From positions 12,524,001 through 12,588,000 of the forward strand of contig NC_047015.1 in NCBI RefSeq assembly GCF_902652985.1: a DNA stretch of 64,000 nt, written 5' to 3'. Numbering within the stretch: position 1 is the first letter of the stretch; every line of letters starts with the position of its first letter. Shown here in pieces: positions 50,751 through 63,480 of this stretch. The notes under the pieces are model-generated. The model made no database searches, was not told the DNA's origin, and was given only the letters and a program-made list of their open reading frames with translations. Source of the stretch: Pecten maximus (taxonomy: Eukaryota). The translations under genes were made by a program, and so were the position numbers.

Positions 50751-51839
50751 TGTTAAAAAGCCTAGACTGCGTGAGGCCTTGTTCTAATAGAGCAAGATGA
50801 AGTCAATATTAATTCAGCTTGAATTACTTGTACCAACAGTTACAATCGAGTCCCTGGTAGCGACAATACAACAGTGCGCAATGCGACAAAATGAATGCCC
50901 CATACGACAAAATGAATGCCCCATACGACAAAATGACGCGACAGCTAGATTTAACAAACAAACAAAAATGTGGTGCCCTGTCGCATTGGCGGGGTACTTT
51001 CGTCGCATGACACACTATTGCTCTTCGCCTGGCGGGTGCGCCAATACGACCATGCGACATGGGCGGGATCAGCCACCATAGGTAACACATCACATACGTC
51101 GCCTTAATATTTACCGGAAACTATTATAACCAGAATTGATGTGCCATAAATAATTGGTAAATATGTATGTTCTAGCTGGTTGGGATTATATACTCCTATT
51201 AACAGAATGTTGGAATGTTCAGAATCACAATAGATGCTCAGTATGATATTCATTCTATACATAAAAGAGATATTTAACTTGTAAAAGGTAGAAATGCGGA
51301 AAAAAAAATTATAAAAGGATAAAACATCGTGTTAAACGAATTGATGCTATCTTTTATCATTATTACATTTAACAATGTAATGTCAGCTCAAAGATGTTTT
51401 AAAAAATCACGGGCTGCATAGAAACGATTATCCTAAATGCAATTACTAGGAATTTTTTAAAAATAAATAGTTAATAAAAGTAATATGATGTTAAATATAA
51501 AGAAATTGTCTACTCTATGCATTAAACCCCATACTTCCAAACAAATATATATATAAATGTTTACATTTTGACCTCTTTACAGTTTTCAGACATAATATAT
51601 ACACGTATATACCTAACACATTATTGACAAAAAATGGGGGGAAATGTGTATTTATGAAAGTATACGGGAAGTTCCAAAAAATAATAATTCGGTCTGACAG
51701 ACCAAGTTTCAATGCAAATTAGTCCCACAATGCAACGCGGGTTATCAGTCAACACAAAATGGCGGAACGCCGAAAACGTGGGCCCGCCTAAACGCAGACA
51801 GATTCTGCCAAAACGAAACGTAAAGGTAATTCCGATATT

Positions 51840-52246
51840 TCAATTTTCAATTTCAAGACATTTTATTGTCATTTAATTCGACAAATGGATCTGACATCAG
51901 GCATAGCCTATTTAAGTCATCTCCATATAAACATATATACAGGTAACAATTTTCTAATCTCGAATATAACAGAAGTAGTATACATAATTTTATATATATT
52001 AACAGGAACATATATATGAATATATATATTAATTTACGTAGTTGATACATACAATTGCCAAATCACAAATTAACAGTAGATTAGAGTATAATTTAAATAA
52101 TGAAGTATATATCACTCCAGGTAGAATTTTTTTGGTGTGTATAAATTGAGTCAAATTATATGAATTTAGGTGTTGTCTGTACACCATATTTGTTGATAGA
52201 ATTTTCATACATTTTCATACATTACTTCCTTGGGCTGCAGGTCCTA
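51840..52246 (-). mobile_element. 5'-truncated non-LTR retroelement 3' end with a 13-bp TSD
   Basis: TAATTCCGATATT at 51827-51839 and 52247-52259; the minus strand ends AATAAAATGTC(TTGAAA)n. Confidence 0.75.
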
Positions 52247-53290
52247 TAATTCCGATATTGCTGGACGTCTATTGGATAGCTGGTTAGCCTTTTCACGGTA
52301 TTCCTCGAAAATTGGTTCAAAGGGGTATTAGAGACTGCACATTCAACTGCATGAGTTTCGTTGCCATAGAGACCACATTTGCATCTTCGTGAATATGTGA
52401 AACGTTTGGAGGACTTATGTAATGGTTTCCCATTACAATTAGTACTTTCATATAAAATTTATGTAATGGAATTTGAATTAAACTTACCGTGTGCGTAATC
52501 TATAAGAGGTAGAATTTACCTCCCCTATTAGGAAATTGACCCTGACCCTGTGTTACAAGACTGCAATTAAATTTTATTATTCTACAAACAATCTCATAAG
52601 CGGCGGCCGGGGGTATGAGTTGGCCCCCGGACGACAGTTCTGGTGTCAAGTGAATAACATTAGATAAAGCAATCGGAGCAAGTTAAATCATTTGATAGTT
52701 ATATGTGTGTACTGTTTGTAGTATTAATGTGGTGTCCCTGGTAACGCTAGATCACCTTCAGACTTCAGTCACTTCGTCACATTTGTCTAACCTAGTACAT
52801 TATATCCTTTTTACGACATGACCGAACCCACTAACCTGATAAAATCAGCAAACAACTATAGCAGACAATTATTGGAGACGTCATTATTTACAAACGCAAT
52901 AGAAAACCCGTAATTCAGCGTGATGTCGCTAGGTAACACAGTAAATACAATTTGTGTAGTTGGTTAATGCATCTCTGGACTAGATTGCCAGTCTCAGCGG
53001 TAAATATCACTATTTGTTTTAGCCTACCTTTCAACAATCCCTCTAGATCACTCACTGTTCTGTACAATTAAGTAATGGTCTATATCAATAGAGGTATTGG
53101 TTATTGGCGAGCAGCACATTATGGCCGATTCCTTTGTAAATCGACACACTACACTAAAGAGATATAGGTACTACATCAGTTAATGACGGAGAAACTTTGG
53201 TGACAAGCTACTGTTCCAGGAAAGGTTACACAGAATATCGATAGCTATATTTATGTTACCGTATGTGGAAATAGTCACATGCATATAAAA

Positions 53291-56189
53291 GACAGTCACA
53301 GACGACACACAAGTTACCGTCTGAGGAGACAGTCACAGGCGACACACAAGTTACTGTCTGAGGAGACAGTCACAGGCGACACAAGTTACCGTCTGAGGAG
53401 ACAGTCACAGAGGACACACAAGTTACTGTCTGAGGAGACAGTCACAGGCGACACAAGTTACCGTCTGAAGAGACAGTCACAGAGGACACACAAGTTACTG
53501 TCTGAGGAGACAGCCACAGGCGACACACAAGTTACCGTCTGAGGAGACAGTCACAGGTGACACAAGTAACCGTCTGAGGAGACAGCAACAGGCGACACAC
53601 AAGTTACTGTATCAGGAGACAGTCACAGGCGACACACAAGTTACTGTATCAGGAGACAGTCACAGGCGACACACAAGTTACCGTCTGAGGAGACAGTCAC
53701 AGGCGACACACAAGTTACTGTCTGAGGAGACAGTCACAGGCGACACAAGTTACCGTCTGAGGAGACAGTCACAGAGGACACACAAGTTACTGTCTGAGGA
53801 GACAGTCACAGGCGACACAAGTTACCGTCTGAGGAGACAGTCACAGAGGACACACAAGTTACTGTCTGAGGAGACAGCCACAGGCGACACAAGTTACCGT
53901 CTGAGGAGACAGTCACAGGTGACACAAGTAACCGTCTGAGGAGACAGCAACAGGCGACACACAAGTTACTGTATCAGGAGACAGTCACAGGCGACACAAG
54001 TTACTGTATCAGAAGACAGTCACAGGCGACACACAAGTTACTGTATCAGGAGACAGTCACAGGCGACACACAAGTTACTGTATCAGGAGACAGTCACAGA
54101 CGACACAAGTTACTGTATCAGGAGACAGTCACAGGCGACACAAGTTACCGTCTGAGGAGACAGTCACAGAGGACACGCAAGTTACTGTCTGAGGAGACAG
54201 CCACAGGCGACACAAGTTACCGTCTGAGGAGACAGTCACAGGTGACACAAGTAACCGTCTGAGGAGACAACAACAGGCGACACACAAGTTACTGTCTGAG
54301 GAGACAGTCGCAGGCGACACAAGTTACCGTCTGAGGAGACAGTCACAGGCGACACAAGTTACCGTCTGAGGAGATAGCAACAGGCGACACACAAGTTACT
54401 GTCTGAGGAGACAGTCGCAGGCGACACAAGTTACCGTCTGAGGAGACAGTCACAGGCGACACAAGTTACCGTCTGAGGAGATAGCAACAGGCGACACACA
54501 AGTTACCGTCTGAGGAGACAGCAACAGGCGACATAAGTTACCGTCTGAGGAGACAGTCACAGAGGACACACAAGTTACCGTCTGAGGAGACAGTCGCAGA
54601 CGACACACAAGTTACCGTCTGAGGAGACAGTCACAAGCGACAAAAGTTACCGTCTGAGGAGACAGTCACAAGCGACACACAAGTTACTGTCTGAGGAGAC
54701 AGTCACAGGCGACACAGGCTACTGTATCAGGAGACAGTCACAGGCGACACAAGTTACCGTCTGAGGAGATAGCAACAGGCGACACACAAGTTACTGTCTG
54801 AGGAGACAGTCGCAGGCGACACAAGTTACCGTCTGAGGAGACAGTCACAGGCGACACAAGTTACCGTCTGAGGAGATAGCAACAGGCGACACACAAGTTA
54901 CCGTCTGAGGAGACAGCAACAGGCGACATAAGTTACCGTCTGAGGAGACAGTCACAGAGGACACACAAGTTACCGTCTGAGGAGACAGTCGCAGACGACA
55001 CACAAGTTACCGTCTGAGGAGACAGTCACAAGCGACAAAAGTTACCGTCTGAGGAGACAGTCACAAGCGACACACAAGTTACTGTCTGAGGAGACAGTCA
55101 CAGGCGACACACAAGTTACCGTCTGAGGAGACAGTCACAGGCGACACAAGTTACCGTCTGAGGAGACAGTCACAGGCGACACAAGTTACTGTCTGAGGAG
55201 ACAGTCGCAGACGACACAAGTTACCGTCTGAGGAGACAGTCACAGGCGACACAAGTTACTGTCTGAGGAGACAGTCACAGGCGACACAAGTTACTGTCTG
55301 AGGAGACAGTCACATGCGACACCAGTTACCGTCTGAGGAGACAGTCACAGACGACACAGGCTACTGTATCAGGAGACAGTCACAGGCGACACAAGTTACG
55401 TCTGAGGAGACAGTCACAGGCGACACACAAGTTACCGTCTGAGGAGACAGTCACAGGCGACACACAAGTTACCGTCTGAGGAGACAGTCACAGGCGACAC
55501 AAGTTACTGTCTGAGGAGACAGTCACAGGCGACACAAGTTACCGTCTGAGGAGACAGTCACAAGCGACACAAGTTACTGTCTGAGGAGACAGTCGCAGAC
55601 GACAAAAGTTACTGTCTGAGGAGACAGTAACAGGCGACACAAGTTACCGTCTGAGGAGACAGTCACAGGCGACACAAGTTACCGTCTGAGGAGACAGTCA
55701 CAGGCGACACAAGTTACTGTCTGAGGAGACAGTCACATGCGACACAAGTTACCGTCTGAGGAGACAGTCACAGACGACACAGGCTACTGTATCGGGAGAC
55801 AGTCACAGGCGACACAAGTTACGTCTGAGGAGACAGTCACAGGCGACACACAAGTTACCGTCTGAGGAGACAGTCACAGGCGACACAAGTTACCGTCTGA
55901 GGAGACAGTCACAGGCGACACAAGTTACCGTCTGAGGAGACAGTCACAGGCGACACAAGTTACGTCTGAGGAGACAGTCACAGGCGACACAAGTTACCGT
56001 CTGAGGAGACAGTCACAGGCGACACAAGTTACCGTCTGAGGAGACAGTCACAGGCGACACAAGTTACCGTCTGAGGAGACAGCAACAGGCGACACACAAG
56101 TTACCGTCTGAGGAGACAGTCACAGGCGACACAAGTTACCGTCTGAGGAGACAGTCACAGGCGACACACAAGTTACTGTATCAGGAAAC
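53291..56189 (+). repeat. 35/37-bp minisatellite (about 80 copies) ending at the nAChR-like start codon
   Basis: GAGGAGACAGTCACAGGCGACAC(AC)AAGTTACCGTCT. Confidence 0.95.
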
Positions 56190-57482
56190 ATGTTACCATC
56201 AGTCATCATGTTAGTTCTGCGTATACTCAGTGTGTTCGTTGTGATCTCAAAAGTAACGGGACAATCATATGAGAATATGACTCGACTAAAGTTTGACCTC
56301 TTACAGGACTATACAAAGTCTAATCTCCCTGTTAGAAACCAGAACGATACCGTGTTTGTGAACGTCAGCATATATTTCCGTATGGTGAAAGAGTTTAACA
56401 TCGTAGAAAGCGTTTTAGGCACACATCTATTTTTCCAACTCCACTGGATTGACGAATATATACATTGGGACAGTGAGGACTATGACAATATCACAGCAGT
56501 TAACTTTCCCTTACTTGACGTGTGGGTTCCGCCGATGGTGGTGGTGAACCCAGCCGACAACTACGGCTTCATTGGCGAGAAGGATACCCTTCTTGTTGAA
56601 TACTCCTCGGTAGGGTTGGCGTCTTTGGTCTTCTCCGCTTACATCAAGAGCACATGTAAACCATTTATTAAATACTTCCCATTCGATTCTCACATCTGTC
56701 ATGTGATGATAAGCCAGATAGGCTACGGCATGGGCGATGTGATCCCCCTTCCGTCACAGATTTATAAACAGTATATAGTGGATAACGGGCAGTGGGTTGT
56801 GGACGCGTTGGATTTAACCCAGCAGCCGTTTATCCCAGGAGAAAACGAATCTGTGTATGTCGATCTTTCCATACAGTTGTCACGTCGTCCAGATTTTTTG
56901 CTTCTGAACCTGTTCATTCCCATTGCCTTTCTGATCTGTATGAATATGTTTGTGTTTTTCCTCCCGGCTGAATGTGGTGAGAAAGCAAGCTACTCCATTA
57001 CTGTTCTCTTGTCCCTGGCTATCTTTATGACTATTGTCATGGACCAGTTACCACCATTGTCCACTGAAGTCCCCGTTATCAGCATCATCCTTTGCATACA
57101 TCTCGCAAACAATGTCATTGTGTGTACGTGTACTATTCTGTCTTTGAATTACCACCATCGACGTGAATCACGTAAGATATCATGGCATCTTCGACTTATG
57201 ACTATGTTAGTTACCTGGCGGTCGTATAAGAGCGATTGTAAAGTTCCTAACAGAATATCACCAGAGAGCTTTCATACAAAGACGGAGGAGAAAGATCTAG
57301 GCATGACGGATACAGATGACGTCACACAGCGCGACGTCGTGTCCGGGGAGACAGATCGGCGCCCAGTGTTGACCTGGCAGAAAGTGAGTCATGCGATTGA
57401 CAGATGGAATTTCTTCATCTGTGTACTGATGACCATATTGGAAATGGGCCTTGTCTTCTACCATTCATCGTATGGTGAATAA
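56190..57482 (+). CDS. Intronless Cys-loop ligand-gated ion channel subunit (divergent nicotinic acetylcholine receptor-like, non-alpha), 430 aa
   Basis: Signal peptide; LHWIDEYIHW and VWVPP motifs; Cys-loop CKPFIKYFPFDSHIC; RRP pre-M1; GEKASYSITVLLSLAIF M2; four TM segments; IDRWNF before M4; AATAAA at 57611. Confidence 0.95.
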   Translation: MLPSVIMLVLRILSVFVVISKVTGQSYENMTRLKFDLLQDYTKSNLPVRNQNDTVFVNVSIYFRMVKEFNIVESVLGTHLFFQLHWIDEYIHWDSEDYDNITAVNFPLLDVWVPPMVVVNPADNYGFIGEKDTLLVEYSSVGLASLVFSAYIKSTCKPFIKYFPFDSHICHVMISQIGYGMGDVIPLPSQIYKQYIVDNGQWVVDALDLTQQPFIPGENESVYVDLSIQLSRRPDFLLLNLFIPIAFLICMNMFVFFLPAECGEKASYSITVLLSLAIFMTIVMDQLPPLSTEVPVISIILCIHLANNVIVCTCTILSLNYHHRRESRKISWHLRLMTMLVTWRSYKSDCKVPNRISPESFHTKTEEKDLGMTDTDDVTQRDVVSGETDRRPVLTWQKVSHAIDRWNFFICVLMTILEMGLVFYHSSYGE

Positions 57483-58130
57483 TTCTTCTTACCACAATAC
57501 ACTGTGTTATTCCACTCTCAAGCCGCCATTGCATAAATGTGCCGACTGTTGGATATTTATTTACATACATTGGTTATCTCCCTTCTACAGCTTTGTAAAT
57601 TCTGAATGCGAATAAATTAGCATATACGCAGTGAAAAAAGGCTCAGCGGAGTAATATGTACGGGAATCGGTGACATACTCATGCCGTCGTCTATTTACGA
57701 CGTTACCGATGATCTCTGAACAAAAAGCTAACGTCAAGTGAGTATTTTGACAAAAACTAAACTGAATATTGCGGAAATTGGTGCATGTTCAACTTCTCCA
57801 AGAGGTTAGTTGACAACAAATAGCTGAAGCGTACATGTACAGTTCCTATAGAGCATTCGACCACGTCATTACTAAATCTGTGTCATTACACGCTGTGATT
57901 GACAACCATAGTTAATCTGAGACGGAAATAGTGGATTGTGCATATATCATTTAATTTAAAACATAAAAGGGTTTAATTTTGTTAACAATACTGGTGTCTT
58001 TACGTACATGTAGATTCAATGGAACTATATGATCTTAGCAACCACGGCTGCCGTAGTTACCAACGTCGCAACATACCTTGAATTTGATTTTCTTCGTACT
58101 GTATTCAAAACGATTTGTTTGATGTCAATA

Positions 58131-58290
58131 TAAGGATTGTACCTCATTTTGATTGCGTATATGGTAGTGTGTGCCCGCAGTTGGTAACGAACATATCCTA
58201 TTGAGCGTTAACGCGCTAACCATAGGAAATGTTCGTTGCCAACTGCGGGCATACTACCGAATACGCAGTCGAAATGAGGTACACTCCTTA
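58131..58290. repeat. 160-bp palindrome (foldback/MITE core)
   Basis: TAAGGATTGTACCTCATTT...GCCCGCAGTTGGTAACGAACAT / ATGTTCGTTGCCAACTGCGGGC...AAATGAGGTACACTCCTTA. Confidence 0.85.
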
Positions 58291-58292
58291 AA

Positions 58293-58989
58293 ATATAGAG
58301 GATATCTAACAGTGTCTTCAGTAATACCAAATATATTTCACGAGTGGGGCTAATATTTTGATATTTTTCACTCGTGCGCAGTTTATTACATTTTTTATCA
58401 ACGAAAAACCTACCCCGTATGCTAACTAGGCCTAATGTAAACAAAAAAAGTAGTTCCCCCTGTCCAGGTGCTGACATATATGTCGGGCTTTCTGATTGGT
58501 CAATTATTTTGGTATTTTCTAATCATTAATTTGATTGGTCAAATCAGCAAAAGTGAATTTTTTTACTAGTGAAAAATATGAGGGAAAATATCACTTTTAT
58601 AGAATGAATAATTTTTGATATTTCACTGGTAAAAATGTAATAAAATGTTATATTTCACCAGTATTATACAAACTTTCGATCTTTTGATTGTTCTTGACGT
58701 CATCAATAATCGATTGACGTCACATCACCGGGTCCCGGCCGTCACCTGTACACCTTATTTGCATACTTGGCCACGTTTTCCTTTGATTTAAGCCGATGTT
58801 ATTGTGGTAGAAACAGGTCACACGACCCGTGGTTTTGGATATGGAATTTATTTCACACTCGTAAGTTATTTTTTAAAAGTTACAAAAGACACTCACGAAA
58901 GCTCGTGTATTTTTTAACTTAAAAAAAATAACTTACTCGAGTGAAATAAATTCCATATCCAACAACCACTCGTTGTGTAACCTCTATAT
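58293..58989. mobile_element. Non-autonomous DNA element with short TIRs and subterminal hairpins
   Basis: ATATAGAGG...CCTCTATAT ends; long hairpin at about 58830-58970 (TGGATATGGAATTTATTTCAC / GTGAAATAAATTCCATATCCA). Confidence 0.7.
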
Positions 58990-59287
58990 GTACTGATGTA
59001 TAAGCCACAATCCGACCATGTCAAGAAGGAAATTCAGTTGACCCTTGATTTTTAGCAATTTCAGAAGTCAAATAATCATTTCTAAAAAAATTTAAGGGCA
59101 TATGACAAATATACATATGCTTTCAAACTCCAGAGTCCAATCTGACTTGAGTAGTCAAAAGCATACTCTCATGGGTCTACTGGGTGCTCTGTGTTGTTAT
59201 CATCTATGCTATGATGGGATCCGTATCGTTTTGTATGATAATATCTGATATAGTTTGTGTCACTTGTTGTGATTAATATTACGTGTT

Positions 59288-59430
59288 GTGATTAGTACCA
59301 CGTGTTTCACGTGTTGTGATAAGTACCACGTGTTTCACGTGTTGTGATAAGTACCACGTGTTTCACGTGTTGTGATTAGTACCACGTGTTTCACGTGTTG
59401 TGATTAGTACCACGTGTTTCACGTGTTGTG
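59288..59430 (+). repeat. 28-bp minisatellite x5, two CACGTG per unit
   Basis: GTGATWAGTACCACGTGTTTCACGTGTT. Confidence 0.9.
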
Positions 59431-60543
59431 ATTAATATCACTTGTTTCTCATGTTACAATTAATTCCCATGGATAGCTTTTATTCTGCCTAACACGTAGA
59501 ATCAGGAACCAAATGTTCACACTTTATGTCATTCCAGTAACGTCATTATATCTTATGTCAGGGGTAATCATCTTTGTTTCGTTTACATGGCGTATACTAA
59601 ACGGAACCAATGGGTTTGGGGGCTACAGTTGTATGCAAATTAACTTCCGTATAAAGACTATATTCTTCTGGTACAATATAATGTAACCAGGTTAATAACT
59701 ATTTTAAACTTTTTGATAATGCCGATAGAAATTAGACAAAGTTATCATCAGTTAATCATACTCATAATTGTTAATTTTTAAAGCACCCAAAGTTCGAAAG
59801 TCATACTTTGAAAGTCATACTCTGACACAAATAACAAATATGTTAGAAAGATATAAATAGCCATTATGATGAGGATGTCATAACAACAGCCACCTTCAAG
59901 CAGAAAGGAAAATATATTCAGTCAACAACCAGTGTATCCGAGGGAAGACAGTGTTAATATCACTCTTTTAACAGGCACGGAAACCAGATAACACACCAGA
60001 AAAAAAAATTGTCTCAAAACATTATCAGTATGTTTACGATGTGGGAAATGGCGAGGCGAGATCCCAACCTCTTTTTGTGGATTTCACATAATGTAATTCT
60101 TCATAATTCTCAGGTAATTAAAAATATCGAGGGGGTGTTTGTCGTACATATTATTTTTTCGCTCTGCTGGCTGCTGAAACTATATATGCTATTTATAATG
60201 AATGTTATTCATTTATATGATCAATAACACGTGGCAAGTTTATCAAATGAAATAATCACAAACTTTGTCCTTCTATATTGATATTTATTGTTTGAAATCA
60301 GTTTGTATATTACTACAATAGTTTTTACTTGACAACTGATGTGAACACTTTAATATAACACGTACTAGTATCGTTATGTTATCAGTTTTCAATCCTAGTG
60401 AGTGTTTTTATGAGTATCGAATTACTCTGAAATGTATAATTACGTACATATGCAAACATAACATTGTCGGTTGGATAATAAAGACCATACAATCACATCT
60501 GGTATTTTGTTATTTGTGGTTTCCTAAGCGACGAATCACGTGT

Positions 60544-61680
60544 GTCATCATTACAGAGTGTCCATCTACGGTCATAGTCATCATTACAGAGTGTCCATCT
60601 ATGTCATGGTCATCATTACAGAGTGTCCATCTATGTCATGGTCATCATTACAGAGTGTCCATCTATGTCATGGTCATCATTACAGAGTGTCCATCTATGT
60701 CATGGTCATCATTACAGAGTGTCCATCTATGTCATGGTCATCATTACAGAGTGTCCATCTATGTCATGGTCATCATTACAGAGTGTCCATCTATGTCATG
60801 GTCATCATTACAGAGTGTCCATCTACGGTCAAGGTCATCATTACAGAGTGTCCATCTAAGGTCATGGTCATCATTACAGAGTGTCCATCTATGTCAAGGT
60901 CATCATTACAGAGTGTCCATCTATGTCATGGTCATCATTACAGAGTGTCCCTCTATGGTCATGGTCATCATTACAGAGTGTCCATCTATGTCATGGTCAT
61001 CATTACAGAGTGTCCATCTATGGTCAAGGTCATTATTACAGAGTGTCCATCTACGGTCATGGTCATTATTACAGAGTGTCCATCTATGCCATGGTCATCA
61101 TTACAGAGTGTCCATCAACGGTCATGGTCATCATTACAGAGTGTCCATCTACGGTCATGGTCATCATTACAGAGTGTCCATCTACGGTCAAGGTCATCAT
61201 TACAGAGTGTCCATCTACGTCATGGTCATCAGTACAGAGTGTCCATCTATGTCATGGTCATCATTACAGAGTGTCCATCTACGGTCAAGGTCATCATTAC
61301 AGAGTGTCCATCTATGTCATGGTCATCATTACAGAGTGTCCATCTACGGTCATGGTCATCATTACAGAGTGTCCATCTACGGTCATGGTCATCATTACAG
61401 AGTGTCCATCTACGGCCATGGTCATCATTACAGAGTGTCCATCTATGTCATGGTCATCATTACAGAGTGTCCATCTACAATAATGGTCATCATTACAGTG
61501 TGTCCATCTATGTCATGGTCATCATTACAGAGTGTCCATCTACGGCCATGGTCATCATTACAGAGTGTCCATCTACGGTCAAGGTCATCATTACAGAGTG
61601 TCCATCTATGCCATGGTCATCATTACAGAGTGTCCATCTATGTCATGGTCATCATTACAGAGTGTCAATCAACGGTCATG
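60544..61680 (+). repeat. 32/33-bp minisatellite (about 35 copies)
   Basis: GTCATCATTACAGAGTGTCCATCTATGTCATG. Confidence 0.95.
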
Positions 61681-61874
61681 ATATATGCTCCATATATTTT
61701 CCTATATACACGTGTTTTCAAAATAACAAGCTCTGAATCTTAAACATTTGAGTACAAATAGACTGTCCGACTGTTAAAATGGTGTCCCTATGCACTCTCG
61801 ACTGTCTGATTGATGTGGCTGGTGTCCCTGTGTTTCCTCGACTATTCCACCATTAGTTAGCTGATGTTCCAATG

Positions 61875-62770
61875 CTAACTCGATTGTCTGACTGTGAGGC
61901 TGGTGTCTCTAATCTTACTCGATTGTCTGACTGTGAGGCTGGTGTCTCTAAGCTTACTCGATTGTCTGACTGTGAGGCTGTTGTCTCTAATCTTACTCGA
62001 TTATCTGACTGTGTGGCTGGTGTCTCTAATCTTACTCGATTGTCTGACTTTGAGGCTGGTGTCTCTAATCTTACTCGATTGTCTGACTATGTGACTGGTG
62101 TCTCTAATCTTACTCGACTGTCTGACTGTGTAGTTGGTGTCTCTAATCTTACTCGATTGTCTGACTGTGAGGCTGGTGTCTCTAAGCTTACTCGACTGTC
62201 TGACTGTGTGGTTGGTGTCTCTAATCTTACTCGATTGTCTGACTGTGAGGCTGATGTCTCTAATCTTACTCGATTATCTGACCGTAAGGCTTGTGTCTCT
62301 AATCTTACTCGATTGTCTGACTGTGTGGTTGGTGTCTCTAATCTTACTCGACTGTCTGACTGTGTGACTGGTGTCTCTAAGCTTACTCGACTGTCTGACT
62401 GTGTGACTGGTGTCTCTAATCTTACTCGATTGTCTGACTGTGAGGCTGGTGTCTCTAATCTTACTCGACTGTCTGACTGTAAGGCTGGTGTCTCTAATCT
62501 TACTCGACTGTCTGACTGTGAGGCTGGTGTCTCTTAGCTTACTCAATTGTCTGACTGTGAGGCTGGTGTCTCTTAGCTTACTCGACTGTCCGACGGTAAG
62601 GCTGTTTTCTCTAATCTTACTCGACTGTCTGACTGTGTGACTGGTGTCTCTAATCTTACTCGATTGTCTGACTGTGTAGTTGGTGTCTCTAATCTTACTT
62701 GACTGTCTGACTGTGTGGCTGGTGTCTCTAATCTTACTCGACTGTCTGACTGTGAGACTGGTGTCTCTAT
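61875..62770 (+). repeat. 39-bp minisatellite (about 23 copies)
   Basis: TGTCTCTAATCTTACTCGATTGTCTGACTGTGAGGCTGG. Confidence 0.95.
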
Positions 62771-62773
62771 GCC

Positions 62774-63106
62774 TGTTTAGAGGAACAAGGACGTATCTCC
62801 AACATGGCGTGCTGAGAAGTAAAGGGCCGTATCTCAAATTTATCAATTTTTAGATTTTGATAAATTACAATTCCGACTGAGGTTTTCTTATAGAATATGT
62901 TCTTTATATGAATGGAAATTGTGTAATTCTTTGAAATCACACAGTATTTTAACAGAATTAGACCATTTCAATTGATATAATGTACAAATTCTAAAGAAAA
63001 TCTCACTCGTAGTTCTACTTTATTAAAATCTAAAAATGGATAAATTTGTGATACGGCCCTTTACTTCTAAGCACTCCATGTTGGATTTACGTCCTTCCTC
63101 TAAACA
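62774..63106. mobile_element. MITE with imperfect TIRs of about 90 bp
   Basis: TGTTTAGAGGAA..GGACGTA..AGAAGTAAAGGGCCGTATC / GATACGGCCCTTTACTTCT..TACGTCCTTCCTCTAAACA. Confidence 0.8.
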
Positions 63107-63480
63107 ATCGAATTATACTCCTGAGAGTACTACTAACATTTAATGGATATTAGTTCCTCTTGTCCCACGCTGTGCCCACGGATGAGACAGCGAACATTTC
63201 TATTGTTAAACTGAGCTGGTTCCCAGGATCACCCACCAGCCACTGCAGTGTTACGTATACGCGTCTATGCCTATTCTTCACTGCGTAAGAATAGTACTTC
63301 GTGCTCTAAATGGCAGCTCCGTCGCTTATGGTCGACCATGCCAGAAAGTTTTGTGGAAACGTTGCTGGGAAACCCATCAGCGGCTTCTTTTTCAAAAGTC
63401 CCAACGCATGACTGGTAAACTGTGTTATACGTGGTCACGGTGTAGTCCAGAGGCTCCGTAAAAATATCTAAGACTATCAT

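Noticed and set aside
60376-62846. His/Cys-rich and LTRLSDC repeat ORFs
   Set aside because: Translations of the 32/33-bp and 39-bp minisatellites, open in several frames and on both strands.
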